Source: an uncultured bacterium (lineage in GTDB: Bacteria > Patescibacteriota > Minisyncoccia > Phycocordibacterales > Phycocordibacteraceae). From it: a DNA stretch of 64,000 nt. Both the position numbers and the translations under genes were made by a program. The DNA is taken from contig CAIJZI010000006.1 in the NCBI GenBank assembly GCA_903825105.1, positions 1,399 to 65,398 on the forward strand. The letters run 5' to 3'. The notes under the pieces are model-generated. The model was not told where the DNA came from. It was given only the letters and a program-made list of their open reading frames with translations, and searched no databases. Positions 53,517-62,981 of the stretch are shown piece after piece; the first letter of the stretch is position 1; every line of letters starts with the position of its first letter.

Positions 53517-55943
53517 ATGGAATACGATCATAAAAAAATTGAAAAAGAGGCTCAAGAAAAGTGGAAGGAGCTCGGGCTCTATAAAGCGGATTTAACTGAT
53601 GAAAAAGATCCGTATTATCTGCTTGTTGAATTCCCGTATCCTTCGGGCGATCTCCATATCGGACATTGGTACGCCTTCGCGGTGACTGACATCTATGCGC
53701 GCATGCTTCGCGCTCGCGGGAAGAATGTGTTGTTCCCGATTGGCTTTGACGCCTTCGGCCTGCCCGCAGAAAACGCCGCGATGAAGCACGGCGCGAACCC
53801 ACGCGATTGGACCTATAAAAATATGGAGTCGATGCGCGCGCAGTTCGCCTCGATGGGGAGCTCTTTTGATTGGTCAAAAGAGGTGATCACCTGCGAGCCA
53901 GATTATTATCAATGGACACAGTGGCTCTTCTTAAAATTGTTTGAGAATAATCTCGCCGAACATCGCGAAGCGGCGGTGAAGTGGTGCCCTCATGATCAAA
54001 CAGTGCTCGCGAACGAGCAGGTTACCGACGGCTGCTGCGAGCGCTGTGGCACACCAGTTGAAGAAAAGAGACTCACCCAATGGTTTTTGAAGATTACCGA
54101 TTATGCGGAGCGATTACTCGAAGGCCTTGAGAGACTTCCGTGGCGCGAAGAAATAAAAACGGCGCAGAGAGCGTGGATAGGGAAATCGGAGGGGGCGAAA
54201 TTAAGGTTTGAGGTGCAAGGTGTAAGTGGTAAGGATAATCCCTTAAACCTTGAACCTGCCGCCTGTATTGAGGTGTTCACGACTCGACCAGACACGATCT
54301 TCGGCGCGACGTATGTAGTGCTCGCGCCAGAACACTCTCTCGTTTCATCACTACTGTCGAGTGTTTCAAATACAAAAGAAGTCCAAGAATATATAAATGT
54401 TACGAAGAAAAAGACTGAACGCGAACGCAGCGAGAATAAAGATAAGACCGGCGTGAAATTAGAAGGTGTTTCAGCTATCAACCCAGCGACAAAAAAAGAA
54501 ATCCCGATTTATGTCGCCGATTATGTGCTCGGCTCCTACGGCACTGGCGCGGTGATGGCGGTTCCGGCACACGACGAACGCGACTGGGACTTCGCGAAGA
54601 AATTTAATCTGCCGATTGTCGAAGTAATAAAAAATGAAGAAGCGACAAATTTGTACACAGGTGACGGTGTGCTTATTAACTCCGGAGAATTCGATGGTAG
54701 AGATAATCGCGACGCGATGAATGATATTGTCGCTTATGTTGGTGGCGAGAAGACGACGCAATACAGAATTCGTGATTGGCTCGTGAGTCGTCAGCGTTAC
54801 TGGGGCTGCCCGATACCGATTGTCTATGATCCTGCTGGTGAGCCGCACGCGATTCCTGCAGAACATTTGCCGTGGCTCTTGCCGACTGATGTCGACTTTA
54901 ATCCGACCGGTGAAGCGCCGCTCGCCTCGTCTAAAGAGTTGAAAGAGCGCGTGATAAAAATCTTCGGTGAAGGCTGGACGCCAGAATATGACACGCTCGA
55001 CACCTTCGTCGATTCTTCGTGGTACTTCCTTCGCTATCTCGATCCAAAAAGCGTTGAGCATTTTTCTGATGCAAATTTGATGAAAAAATGGATGCCGGTG
55101 CACCGCTATTCTGGAGGAAGCGAACATACGACGATGCATGTACTCTATGCACGATTCTTTATGAAGGCGCTTTATGATCTCGCGCTCGTCCCCGTCGACG
55201 AACCATTTAACGAGCGTTTTAATCGTGGTCTTATTATGGGTCCTGACGGAGCGAAGATGAGCAAGTCAAAAGGGAATGTAGTGAACCCAGACGAATTTGT
55301 TCTGAAGTACGGAGCTGACGCCGTGCGGCTCTATCTCGCTTTTATCGGCCCCTACAACGAACCAGGGAATTATCCTTGGAATCTCGAAGGCGTCGCCTCG
55401 ATGCGGAAGTTCTTGGAGCGCATCGTGCGGCTCTCAGAGAAACTTGGGTGTCCGACACCCAAGTCTGACTTGGGTGTCGGACACCCAAGTGGAATACCAC
55501 AGGCGCTGGCGCGCGCGAGCGCCAAAGTTTCTGGAGATGGCGATCGATTTAAGTTTAATACCGGAGTCGCGGCGCTGATGATCTTGATGAATGAATGTGA
55601 AGCCGTTGAAACTATCTCGATAGCAGACTTTTCTACACTGCTCATTCTACTCGCGCCATTCGCTCCGCATCTCGCAGAAAGCCTTTGGGAAAAAATCGGG
55701 CAGTCTGGATCGGTGCACGAACAGGCTTGGCCAGCATTTTCTCGAGATGCAGTGAGCGAGAGCGAGATCATCGTTCAGGTGATGGGGAAAAAACGCGGGA
55801 GCATTCTTCTTTCAGTAGAAGCGACAGAAGCCGAGGCAGTAGCAGAAGCTTTAAAACTCGAAACTGTTATAAGAGCGCTGGACGGCAAAGAGCCAAAACG
55901 GACCATTTTTGTTGCGGGTAAAATCATAAATTTTGTGGTATAA
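53517..55943 (+). CDS. leuS: Leucine--tRNA ligase
   Basis: 'PYPSGDLHIGHWYAF' HIGH motif; 'KMSKSKGNVV' KMSKS motif; CP1 editing domain; 808 aa. Contains two in-frame repeat-derived segments. Confidence 0.9.
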   Translation: MEYDHKKIEKEAQEKWKELGLYKADLTDEKDPYYLLVEFPYPSGDLHIGHWYAFAVTDIYARMLRARGKNVLFPIGFDAFGLPAENAAMKHGANPRDWTYKNMESMRAQFASMGSSFDWSKEVITCEPDYYQWTQWLFLKLFENNLAEHREAAVKWCPHDQTVLANEQVTDGCCERCGTPVEEKRLTQWFLKITDYAERLLEGLERLPWREEIKTAQRAWIGKSEGAKLRFEVQGVSGKDNPLNLEPAACIEVFTTRPDTIFGATYVVLAPEHSLVSSLLSSVSNTKEVQEYINVTKKKTERERSENKDKTGVKLEGVSAINPATKKEIPIYVADYVLGSYGTGAVMAVPAHDERDWDFAKKFNLPIVEVIKNEEATNLYTGDGVLINSGEFDGRDNRDAMNDIVAYVGGEKTTQYRIRDWLVSRQRYWGCPIPIVYDPAGEPHAIPAEHLPWLLPTDVDFNPTGEAPLASSKELKERVIKIFGEGWTPEYDTLDTFVDSSWYFLRYLDPKSVEHFSDANLMKKWMPVHRYSGGSEHTTMHVLYARFFMKALYDLALVPVDEPFNERFNRGLIMGPDGAKMSKSKGNVVNPDEFVLKYGADAVRLYLAFIGPYNEPGNYPWNLEGVASMRKFLERIVRLSEKLGCPTPKSDLGVGHPSGIPQALARASAKVSGDGDRFKFNTGVAALMILMNECEAVETISIADFSTLLILLAPFAPHLAESLWEKIGQSGSVHEQAWPAFSRDAVSESEIIVQVMGKKRGSILLSVEATEAEAVAEALKLETVIRALDGKEPKRTIFVAGKIINFVV
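54201..54254. repeat. Imperfect inverted-repeat element inside leuS (in frame)
   Basis: TTAAGGTTTGAGG-[TGCAAGGTGTAAGTGGTAAGGATAATC]-CCTTAAACCTTGAA, which encodes 'LRFEVQGVSGKDNPLNLE'. Confidence 0.45.
55443..55489. repeat. Double-hairpin palindromic element inside leuS, in frame (encodes 'LGCPTPKSDLGVGHPSG')
   Basis: CTTGGGTGTCCGACACCCAAG-TCTGA-CTTGGGTGTCGGACACCCAAG. Unit is identical to the intergenic copy at 15811. Confidence 0.75.
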
Positions 55944-55987
55944 TCCACTCTATTGACTCATTATAAGATATTTGCTATAAATAACCT

Positions 55988-57034
55988 ATGAAGAAACAGA
56001 CAAAAACAGTGACTTTTTCATTTGACAGTGCTGCCTTGGTGAAGCGCCTTTTAGCTGCCACTCCAGAGCGTGCGCGCGGCGTTATTATCGAGCGTTTTGG
56101 CCTTGGGACGAATCCTGAACGCGAGACACTTGAAGCGATCGGTGACCGCTCGAGCATCACGCGTGAGCGTGTCCGCCAGATCGAGGCTGCAGGTCTCGAC
56201 GCGATTCGCGCGAGCAAAGTTTTTAAAGAATCGAGGGTTGCTTTTGATGAGATTGTTAAGTACATCCACTCGCTCGGAGCGATGGTTCCTGAAGAGGCAC
56301 TCCTCGCTGGATTTGGAAAAGATGAAAAGAGTCGTAACCGATTCCGTTTTTTCCTTATGCTCGACTCCGCTTTCATTCGTGAACGCGAGACCAATGACTT
56401 CCTCGCGCGTTGGCATGTTGACGCAGGGACAGCGAAGAGCATCCACGACGCCCTCTCTAAACTCTATTCAAAGTTGTCAGACGATGAGGTGATTACCGAA
56501 AGCGACATTCTCGATCGCTTCCTCGACGAGCTTAAAAGCGTGAACGACGCATACAAAAATGAAGAAGTGTTGAAACGATGGCTATCGCTCTCGAAGCACA
56601 TCGGTAGCAATCCACTTTCTCAGTGGGGTAAGACGACTGCGCCAGCGATTCGTATTAAGGGTATTCGCGATTATGCGTATCTCGCTATCAAGAGAAACGG
56701 CGCACCGATGCACTTCTCTGATGTTTCAAAAGCGATCGGCACACTCTTTTCTAAAGAGGCACACATCGCGACGACACATAACGAGCTTATTAAAGATCCT
56801 CGCTTTGTTCTTGTTGGTCGCGGCCTCTACGCGCTCTCTGAATGGGGATATGCTCCGGGGGTGGTACGCGATGTAATCCGCGAGACACTCGACAAGAATG
56901 GCCCGATGAAGAAGGAAGAAATAATGACTCATGTGAAGAAAGCTCGCTTTGTGAAAGACAATACGATTCTCGTTAACTTAAACGATTCACATTACTTCAA
57001 GCGCTTGAAAGACGGAAGATATTCAGCAGTGTAA
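55988..57034 (+). CDS. Hypothetical protein with N-terminal sigma-70 region-4-like HTH
   Basis: 'TLEAIGDRSSITRERVRQIEAAGLDAIRAS' matches the sigma-70 r4 'T.EE.G..F.VTRERIRQIE.KAL.KLR' pattern; rest of the protein unassigned. Confidence 0.45.
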   Translation: MKKQTKTVTFSFDSAALVKRLLAATPERARGVIIERFGLGTNPERETLEAIGDRSSITRERVRQIEAAGLDAIRASKVFKESRVAFDEIVKYIHSLGAMVPEEALLAGFGKDEKSRNRFRFFLMLDSAFIRERETNDFLARWHVDAGTAKSIHDALSKLYSKLSDDEVITESDILDRFLDELKSVNDAYKNEEVLKRWLSLSKHIGSNPLSQWGKTTAPAIRIKGIRDYAYLAIKRNGAPMHFSDVSKAIGTLFSKEAHIATTHNELIKDPRFVLVGRGLYALSEWGYAPGVVRDVIRETLDKNGPMKKEEIMTHVKKARFVKDNTILVNLNDSHYFKRLKDGRYSAV

Positions 57035-57054
57035 GATTCAATAATAAGTTATTA

Positions 57055-57088
57055 AGCACCCGTGTTCATAAACACGGGTGCTTTTTGA
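57055..57088 (+). terminator. Intrinsic terminator
   Basis: GCACCCGTGTT-CAT-AAACACGGGTGC-TTTTTG. Confidence 0.65.
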
Positions 57089-57100
57089 TATACTGAAAGA

Positions 57101-58528
57101 ATGGCGCCTCCAAGTAAAGATAAAAAACCAGAAAAAAAGCCAGAAAAAAAACCTGAACCAAAAAAAGATTCAAAAAAAAGTGGGGGGTTAAAGTTGCCGT
57201 ATTTCGACGACATTAAAAAGTACAATGATAAGTTAGTTGAAAACACCGGCATTCGGTTGAGTCCATGGCTTATATTCATTGTTGGTACTGTTATTCTCAT
57301 CCTTGGATTTCTCATCGCAGGGAATATGGTGTCGCTCGCGCTCTCGATCGCACTTTTCTTGGCGCCACTCTGGTTGCCGGTTCTCCTCCTTGGCGGAGCA
57401 TCAGCGCTCGGGATTATTTTAAAACGCTCTGAATTTATCTTTTCTCAAAAAACAATTTTGCTTGAGATAAAGCCGCCTCGCGACTTGGTGAAGACACCGC
57501 TCGCGATGGAAGCCTTTCTCTCTAATATGAACATCGGTTCTGGCGAGGGAACCTGGTATGCAAAGTCGCAGGGTAAGGTTCGCCCGTGGTGGTCACTTGA
57601 GATCGCCTCGCTTGAGGGCCAAGTACATTTCTTTATTTGGACGCGAGTAATTTTTAAACCGGTTATTGAAGCGCAGTTGTACGCGCAGTATCCAGGCGTG
57701 CAGGTTGTCGAAGCGCCTGACTATACCCGATTTATTTCTGCAGATCCTGAAGAATTTGGCTCGTGGGGCTGTGATTTTATTCATGTCGACAAAGATCCGA
57801 TACCGATTAGAACCTATATTGAATACGGGCTCGATAAGGTGCAGAAGGAACCAGAACAGGTCGACCCACTCGCGAACATTATTGAATTTATGGGCTCACT
57901 TGGGAAAGGAGAATATCTCTGGCTCCAATTTGTGATCAGAATGCACAAGGGCGAGAAATATAATAAATTAAATGCGAAAGGCAAGGTGTATACATGGACC
58001 GATGAAGCAGGAGAATTGGTAAATGAAATTCGTGCTGCGGCGAAAGATAAAGATGCACCTGGCCCAGGAATGCCAACTAAAGGTCAGGCAGATAAAATTG
58101 CTGCGATTGAGAGAAATGTTTCAAAACAAGCCTTCGATGTTGGCGCACGCGGGATTTATATCGCGAAGAAAGAGTCGTTTAATGCGGCACGCATACAAGG
58201 GATAATAAGTATGTTCAATGTCGTGAGTTCGAAGGGTTGGAATGGGCTTCGCCCGACGGGGTGGATGACTATGTTTAGTGATTACCCGTGGGAATTCGGC
58301 GTAGATAAATTAAAAAATGCGGTGAGAAGGGCAATGGTTGAAGCGTATCGCCGTCGACAATTTTTCTTCGAGCCATTTTCATTTGGTGTTGCGAAGGACA
58401 AAATAATGGTGATGAGTACCGAAGAGATCGCGACAGTATTTCACATCCCATCTCGCGCGGTAGAGACGCCAACCTTGGGCCGTATCCAGTCAGCGACGAG
58501 CGAGGCCCCGAGCAATCTGCCGGTATAA
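57101..58528 (+). CDS. Hypothetical membrane protein with Lys/Pro/Glu-rich N-terminus
   Basis: 'KKPEKKPEKKPEPKKDSKK' followed by two TM helices and a large soluble domain. Confidence 0.45.
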   Translation: MAPPSKDKKPEKKPEKKPEPKKDSKKSGGLKLPYFDDIKKYNDKLVENTGIRLSPWLIFIVGTVILILGFLIAGNMVSLALSIALFLAPLWLPVLLLGGASALGIILKRSEFIFSQKTILLEIKPPRDLVKTPLAMEAFLSNMNIGSGEGTWYAKSQGKVRPWWSLEIASLEGQVHFFIWTRVIFKPVIEAQLYAQYPGVQVVEAPDYTRFISADPEEFGSWGCDFIHVDKDPIPIRTYIEYGLDKVQKEPEQVDPLANIIEFMGSLGKGEYLWLQFVIRMHKGEKYNKLNAKGKVYTWTDEAGELVNEIRAAAKDKDAPGPGMPTKGQADKIAAIERNVSKQAFDVGARGIYIAKKESFNAARIQGIISMFNVVSSKGWNGLRPTGWMTMFSDYPWEFGVDKLKNAVRRAMVEAYRRRQFFFEPFSFGVAKDKIMVMSTEEIATVFHIPSRAVETPTLGRIQSATSEAPSNLPV

Positions 58529-58530
58529 CT

Positions 58531-59457
58531 ATGGATAAAGTGAAGCGAAATCTTTCGTTAGTAATAGCTTTTGTCTTAAAACATAAAATAAAGTTCTCTA
58601 TCGGATTTGCTTTTGTCGTTATACTTTTTAGTGTTTATTATTCTCTCTTGGCTCCGCCAAGAAATTTCCCGTCAGGGAATATCGTGATTATCGCACAGGG
58701 GACATCAGCGCCGGATGTGGCCAGTGAGCTCGCTCGTGCGCATATTATTTCTCACTCTGGAGTACTGCGTTTTATTCTTCGTCTCTCGGGCGAGAGCGAG
58801 CGAATACATGTCGGCGCATATCGTTTTGCATCGCCAGAAAATGTGTGTGTTGTCGCTTATCGCCTCATCGTGGGCGATTATGGTCTGCCACTCGTTCGTC
58901 TCACTTTCCCCGAAGGGGTGACGGTGCGTGATATCGCCGCACAAGTGGCAGATAACTTTCCATCCATTTCTGCAGAGAGTTTTGGAGAAGAAGCAAAAGC
59001 GTATGAAGGGTATCTCTTCCCAGATACTTATTTTTTCCCTTCGGGCACTGAAGCATCGACCATTCTTTCTGCTTTGCGAAATAATTTTAATTCAAAAACA
59101 GCGTCGTTATCTGGAAAAGTTTTGTCATCAGGGCACTCACTTTCAGACAGTATTATTATGGCGTCGATTATTGAAAAAGAGGCGAATACTGACAAAGATC
59201 GCCATATCATTTCTGGCATTCTCTGGAGCCGGCTCGCTATCGGGATGCCACTTCAGGTCGATGTCGCGCGCGAGACTTATACTCACAAAGGCCTGCCGAG
59301 AGAGCCGATTTGTAATCCGGGGCTTGAATCAATCAAAGCCGCGCTCGAGCCGACGAAGACGAATTATCTTTATTATCTCACCGGCAGAGACGGCCTGATG
59401 CACTACTCCACCACCTTCGCTGGTCATCAGGCGAATGTACGAAAGTATTTGAATTAA
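58531..59457 (+). CDS. mltG: Endolytic murein transglycosylase MltG (YceG-like)
   Basis: N-terminal TM; 'MASIIEKEA' and 'THKGLPREPICNPGLESIKAALEPTKTNYLYYL' match the YceG core. Confidence 0.7.
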   Translation: MDKVKRNLSLVIAFVLKHKIKFSIGFAFVVILFSVYYSLLAPPRNFPSGNIVIIAQGTSAPDVASELARAHIISHSGVLRFILRLSGESERIHVGAYRFASPENVCVVAYRLIVGDYGLPLVRLTFPEGVTVRDIAAQVADNFPSISAESFGEEAKAYEGYLFPDTYFFPSGTEASTILSALRNNFNSKTASLSGKVLSSGHSLSDSIIMASIIEKEANTDKDRHIISGILWSRLAIGMPLQVDVARETYTHKGLPREPICNPGLESIKAALEPTKTNYLYYLTGRDGLMHYSTTFAGHQANVRKYLN

Positions 59458-59522
59458 ATCGCGAGGTTCGACCTCACGGGAAGGAGATAGTCATACATTG
59501 ATGAATGTGATTAGATACAGTT

Positions 59523-60467
59523 ATGAACGCGAAGGGCAAGAAAATATTTGTTGGATTATCTGGCGGAGTGGACTCGGCGGTCTCTGCTGCACTGCTCAAA
59601 AAGGCAGGCGCCCTCGTGACCGGTGTTTTTATTAAAGGCTGGTACCCGGAGGGGATGCCGTGCACTTGGGCCGAGGAACGCCGCGACGCGATGCGAACAG
59701 CGGCGCGGCTCCAGATCCCTTTCCGTACCCTTGACGCGAGCGCGGAATATAAAAAGAGCGTGATTGACTACCTGCTCGCCGAATATCGCGCGGGGAGAAC
59801 GCCCAATCCTGATGTGATGTGCAATAAGGAAATAAAGTTCGGCGTCTTTTATCGCTATGCGCTTAGTCAGGGCGCTGACGCGATCGCGACCGGGCATTAT
59901 CGAAGTGGTGAAAAGAATCAAAGTTATTTTCTTTGGGCAGTGCCAAAAGAAATTTTGTCAAAAACATTTTTTCCGGTGGGTGAAATGAAAAAGGAAGAAG
60001 TGCGCAAACTCGCAAAAAAATTCAACATCCCCGTTTCAGAAAAGAAGGATAGCCAAGGAATCTGTTTTCTCGGCGCAGTCTCGGCAAAAGAATTTTTGAT
60101 AAAAGAATTGGGAACTGACAACCCTGCGCTCCTTTACACCCTTGGTCAGAGAGTCTCATCTCTAGGTGGAGGCGAGAGACAGTATGTCGTTGGGAAAAAT
60201 GTTGAGAAAAAAGAATTAATAGTGAGTAAGAGTAGGCAGCAGGAGACAGTTTCAGAAATAAAATTCACTGACGCGAATTGGTTTAGCGATCAGACGAATG
60301 CCGCTACCGCACAATGCCGTTATCGAGGGCGCTTTACGCCGGGGAAGATAGAAGGCGAGCGTTTTATAGCCTCAGAGCCGCTTCAAGAGATCCCCACGCC
60401 CGGGCAGTCAATTGTCTTTTATGATGCTGGTGGCGAACTCGTCGGAGGTGGTATTATTACTGAATGA
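59523..60467 (+). CDS. mnmA: tRNA-specific 2-thiouridylase MnmA
   Basis: PP-loop 'VGLSGGVDSAVSA'; 'ATGHY' motif; catalytic Cys region 'SQGICFLG'. Confidence 0.8.
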   Translation: MNAKGKKIFVGLSGGVDSAVSAALLKKAGALVTGVFIKGWYPEGMPCTWAEERRDAMRTAARLQIPFRTLDASAEYKKSVIDYLLAEYRAGRTPNPDVMCNKEIKFGVFYRYALSQGADAIATGHYRSGEKNQSYFLWAVPKEILSKTFFPVGEMKKEEVRKLAKKFNIPVSEKKDSQGICFLGAVSAKEFLIKELGTDNPALLYTLGQRVSSLGGGERQYVVGKNVEKKELIVSKSRQQETVSEIKFTDANWFSDQTNAATAQCRYRGRFTPGKIEGERFIASEPLQEIPTPGQSIVFYDAGGELVGGGIITE

Positions 60468-60874
60468 AACATAAGCGCTTCTGGATCGCCGCCTCCATCA
60501 TTGCTTGTATCGTCATTATCGGCTTTGTGCTTTCGGTCCCGCACACGCACGATGTAAAAACATCCTTGAATAAAAATGATGCCACTGCTGTTCCGGTGGT
60601 CGCTCTTCACGATTCTTTTAAAAAAGGAGTACACACGATTACTGGCTCGATAGAAGTGCCGAATGCGTGCACACTCGCCACAGCGAATGCGACACTTTCA
60701 GGCGATGCGTCGAGTACACAAAAAATCGTTGTACAAGTTTCTGTGCCAGCTGATGAGGGTATGTGCCTACAAGTCCCGACGAAAATAAATTTCGGGGTGA
60801 AACTCTCTGCACCAGCACACCTGCCGATTGAGGCGACGATAAATGGGAGTGAGGCTTCGACCACTCTTTTATAA
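60464..60874 (+). CDS. Hypothetical membrane-anchored/secreted protein
   Basis: N-terminal TM 'FWIAASIIACIVIIGFVL'. Confidence 0.4.
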   Translation: MKHKRFWIAASIIACIVIIGFVLSVPHTHDVKTSLNKNDATAVPVVALHDSFKKGVHTITGSIEVPNACTLATANATLSGDASSTQKIVVQVSVPADEGMCLQVPTKINFGVKLSAPAHLPIEATINGSEASTTLL

Positions 60875-60877
60875 ATT

Positions 60878-61717
60878 ATGACGACGCTCCCGATCATCAC
60901 AAAAGCTGATGGTTCAAAAGAACATTTTGATCCGGAACGACTTACCGTCTCGCTTGAGCGATCAGGCGCGAGCGAATATTCTGCACAGAAAATTACTGAT
61001 TCGATTACCAGCACGATAGCGCCAGGCGCTTCATCAAAAGAGATTTATACGCGCGCCTTCTCACTCCTTCGTAGCGAAGCCCGCCCGGTCGCCGCGCGCT
61101 ACGCACTGCGTCGCGCACTGCTCGAGCTCGGACCCTCTGGGCACCCCTTTGAAGATTTCATCTCGCATCTCTATCGAAAAGAAGGTTGGAAGGTAGAGAC
61201 GCGGAAGATATTGCAGGGGAAGTGTGTTGCGCACGAAGTCGATTTCTACGCATCACACCCGGAGCGCAATATGTATATCGCCGCAGAGCTGAAATATCAC
61301 AATGATCCGGCATATAAAACAGATTTGAAAGTTGCTCTCTATGTAAAAGCTCGTTTTGATGACATCTTCGCATCAGATGAAGAGGTGCGATCACACCATA
61401 TCGATCGAGGGTTACTTGTAACGAATACGAAATTTACTTCAGAGGCGATCGCGTATGCAGAGTGCGCGGGCGTCGAACTCCTCGGTTGGGGGCACCCGGA
61501 TGAAAATAATCTTTTTATGCGGATGAGCCGAATGAAAGTGTATCCGATTACCGCCCTCACCGGGCTCTCGCGCGCAGAAAAGAGGTTGCTTATCGAACAG
61601 GGAACAATCGCTGTTGATGAAATCCTGCAGAACCGCAAGGCGCTCGATGTCTGTCACTTGTCTCCAGCGCAAGTCGGGGAGATTGTCGCCGAAGCGAACG
61701 GCCTTCTTGAACTATGA
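60878..61717 (+). CDS. ATP-cone domain fused to Mrr-like (PD-(D/E)xK) restriction-endonuclease domain
   Basis: N-terminus 'ITKADGSKEHFDPERLTVSLERSGAS…' fits the ATP-cone pattern. 'HEVDFYAS…IAAELKYH' fits the Mrr_cat D…ExK core. Confidence 0.55.
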   Translation: MTTLPIITKADGSKEHFDPERLTVSLERSGASEYSAQKITDSITSTIAPGASSKEIYTRAFSLLRSEARPVAARYALRRALLELGPSGHPFEDFISHLYRKEGWKVETRKILQGKCVAHEVDFYASHPERNMYIAAELKYHNDPAYKTDLKVALYVKARFDDIFASDEEVRSHHIDRGLLVTNTKFTSEAIAYAECAGVELLGWGHPDENNLFMRMSRMKVYPITALTGLSRAEKRLLIEQGTIAVDEILQNRKALDVCHLSPAQVGEIVAEANGLLEL

Positions 61718-62202
61718 AATTTTCAACCGGATCTTTTATCGCAGGTGTGATGCTCGGAGTGCTCCTCGCTGGTGCATGGTTCTTAAGTGGTAATCCGCCG
61801 ACACTCTCGTCGCTCTCGCCGTCATCTTTTTCTTTAGCGACAAGCACCGAGTCTTCTTCAGCAATTCAATTGGGCCAAAAAAGTGATGCGCTTTCTGTTT
61901 CGAATCAGTCGTTTGGCGCCACAGTTACTATTGAGTCAGTCACGGTGCCGCCACCGGGCGTGTGGGTCGCGGTACGCGAAGTAAATGGAAATACGCTCGG
62001 CAATGTGCTCGGCGCTGAACGAGTCGCTGGCCCAAGAAGCAATGTCTCGATTTCTCTTCTTCGCAATACTGAACCGAATCATCTCTACGCAGTCGAGCTC
62101 TACCGCGACGACAACAGTGGCGCATTCGATCCGTTCGCGAATAGTACTTATATAGACTTTGACACCGGAAACCGCGTTATTGTTTATTTTTCAACCAATT
62201 AA
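61714..62202 (+). CDS. Hypothetical membrane-anchored protein
   Basis: TM 'FIAGVMLGVLLAGAWFL' followed by a beta-rich domain. Confidence 0.4.
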   Translation: MKFSTGSFIAGVMLGVLLAGAWFLSGNPPTLSSLSPSSFSLATSTESSSAIQLGQKSDALSVSNQSFGATVTIESVTVPPPGVWVAVREVNGNTLGNVLGAERVAGPRSNVSISLLRNTEPNHLYAVELYRDDNSGAFDPFANSTYIDFDTGNRVIVYFSTN

Positions 62203-62204
62203 TT

Positions 62205-62981
62205 ATGGCAAGACGCTCATCAACCTTTGATCCAAACTCCGGCGATCCATTTAAGGTGAGTCGTTCGAAGATTGATATGTTTTCAGAATGCCGCCGTTGT
62301 TCGTATCTCGATTTAAAACTCGGTGTGAAGCGGCCTTCAGGCCCATCATTCACCTTAAATAATGCGGTCGACGAATTATTAAAAAGAGAATTCGATATTC
62401 ACCGCGAGAATAAAACAACACATCCGCTTTTAAAAAAGTACGGACTCGATGCGGTACCGCTGGCTGATGAACGAATGGACGAATGGCGCGACGCGCTTCG
62501 CCGCGGCATTGCCTATCTCCACAAACCGACCAATCTTCTCGTGCGTGGCGGCATTGACGATGTGTGGGTGAATCCCGCAGGCGAACTCATTATTGTTGAT
62601 TATAAAGCGACGAGTAAAAAACTGGGCCCGAGTTCTGAAGACGATCTCTATGATTCGTATAAAAGGCAGATGGAAATTTATCAATGGCTCTTTCGTAGAA
62701 ATGACTTCGCGGTGTCGCCCGTGGGTTACTTTGTTTATGTAAATGGAAAATCTGATGCAAAAGCCTTTGACGGTAAACTCGAATTCGATATCGAGCTCAT
62801 CCCCTACGCCGGTAGCGACGCTTGGGTCGAGCCGGCGATTTATGATTTAAAAGAAATGTTAATGAGCGACGAGATCCCACCGATCGGTACCTCCTTTGGC
62901 GGCGGCCCCTGCGACTTCTGTACCTATCGCGAAGCCGCGGGCAAAAAACTGCAAGAATTACATAAAAATCATAAAGCATGA
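62205..62981 (+). CDS. Cas4/RecB-like PD-(D/E)xK nuclease with four-Cys cluster
   Basis: 'GGIDDVWVNPAGELIIVDYKA' (D…DYK) and 'QMEIYQ' (QxxxY); Cys pairs 'CRRC' at the N-terminus and 'CDFC' at the C-terminus. No CRISPR context. Confidence 0.6.
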   Translation: MARRSSTFDPNSGDPFKVSRSKIDMFSECRRCSYLDLKLGVKRPSGPSFTLNNAVDELLKREFDIHRENKTTHPLLKKYGLDAVPLADERMDEWRDALRRGIAYLHKPTNLLVRGGIDDVWVNPAGELIIVDYKATSKKLGPSSEDDLYDSYKRQMEIYQWLFRRNDFAVSPVGYFVYVNGKSDAKAFDGKLEFDIELIPYAGSDAWVEPAIYDLKEMLMSDEIPPIGTSFGGGPCDFCTYREAAGKKLQELHKNHKA

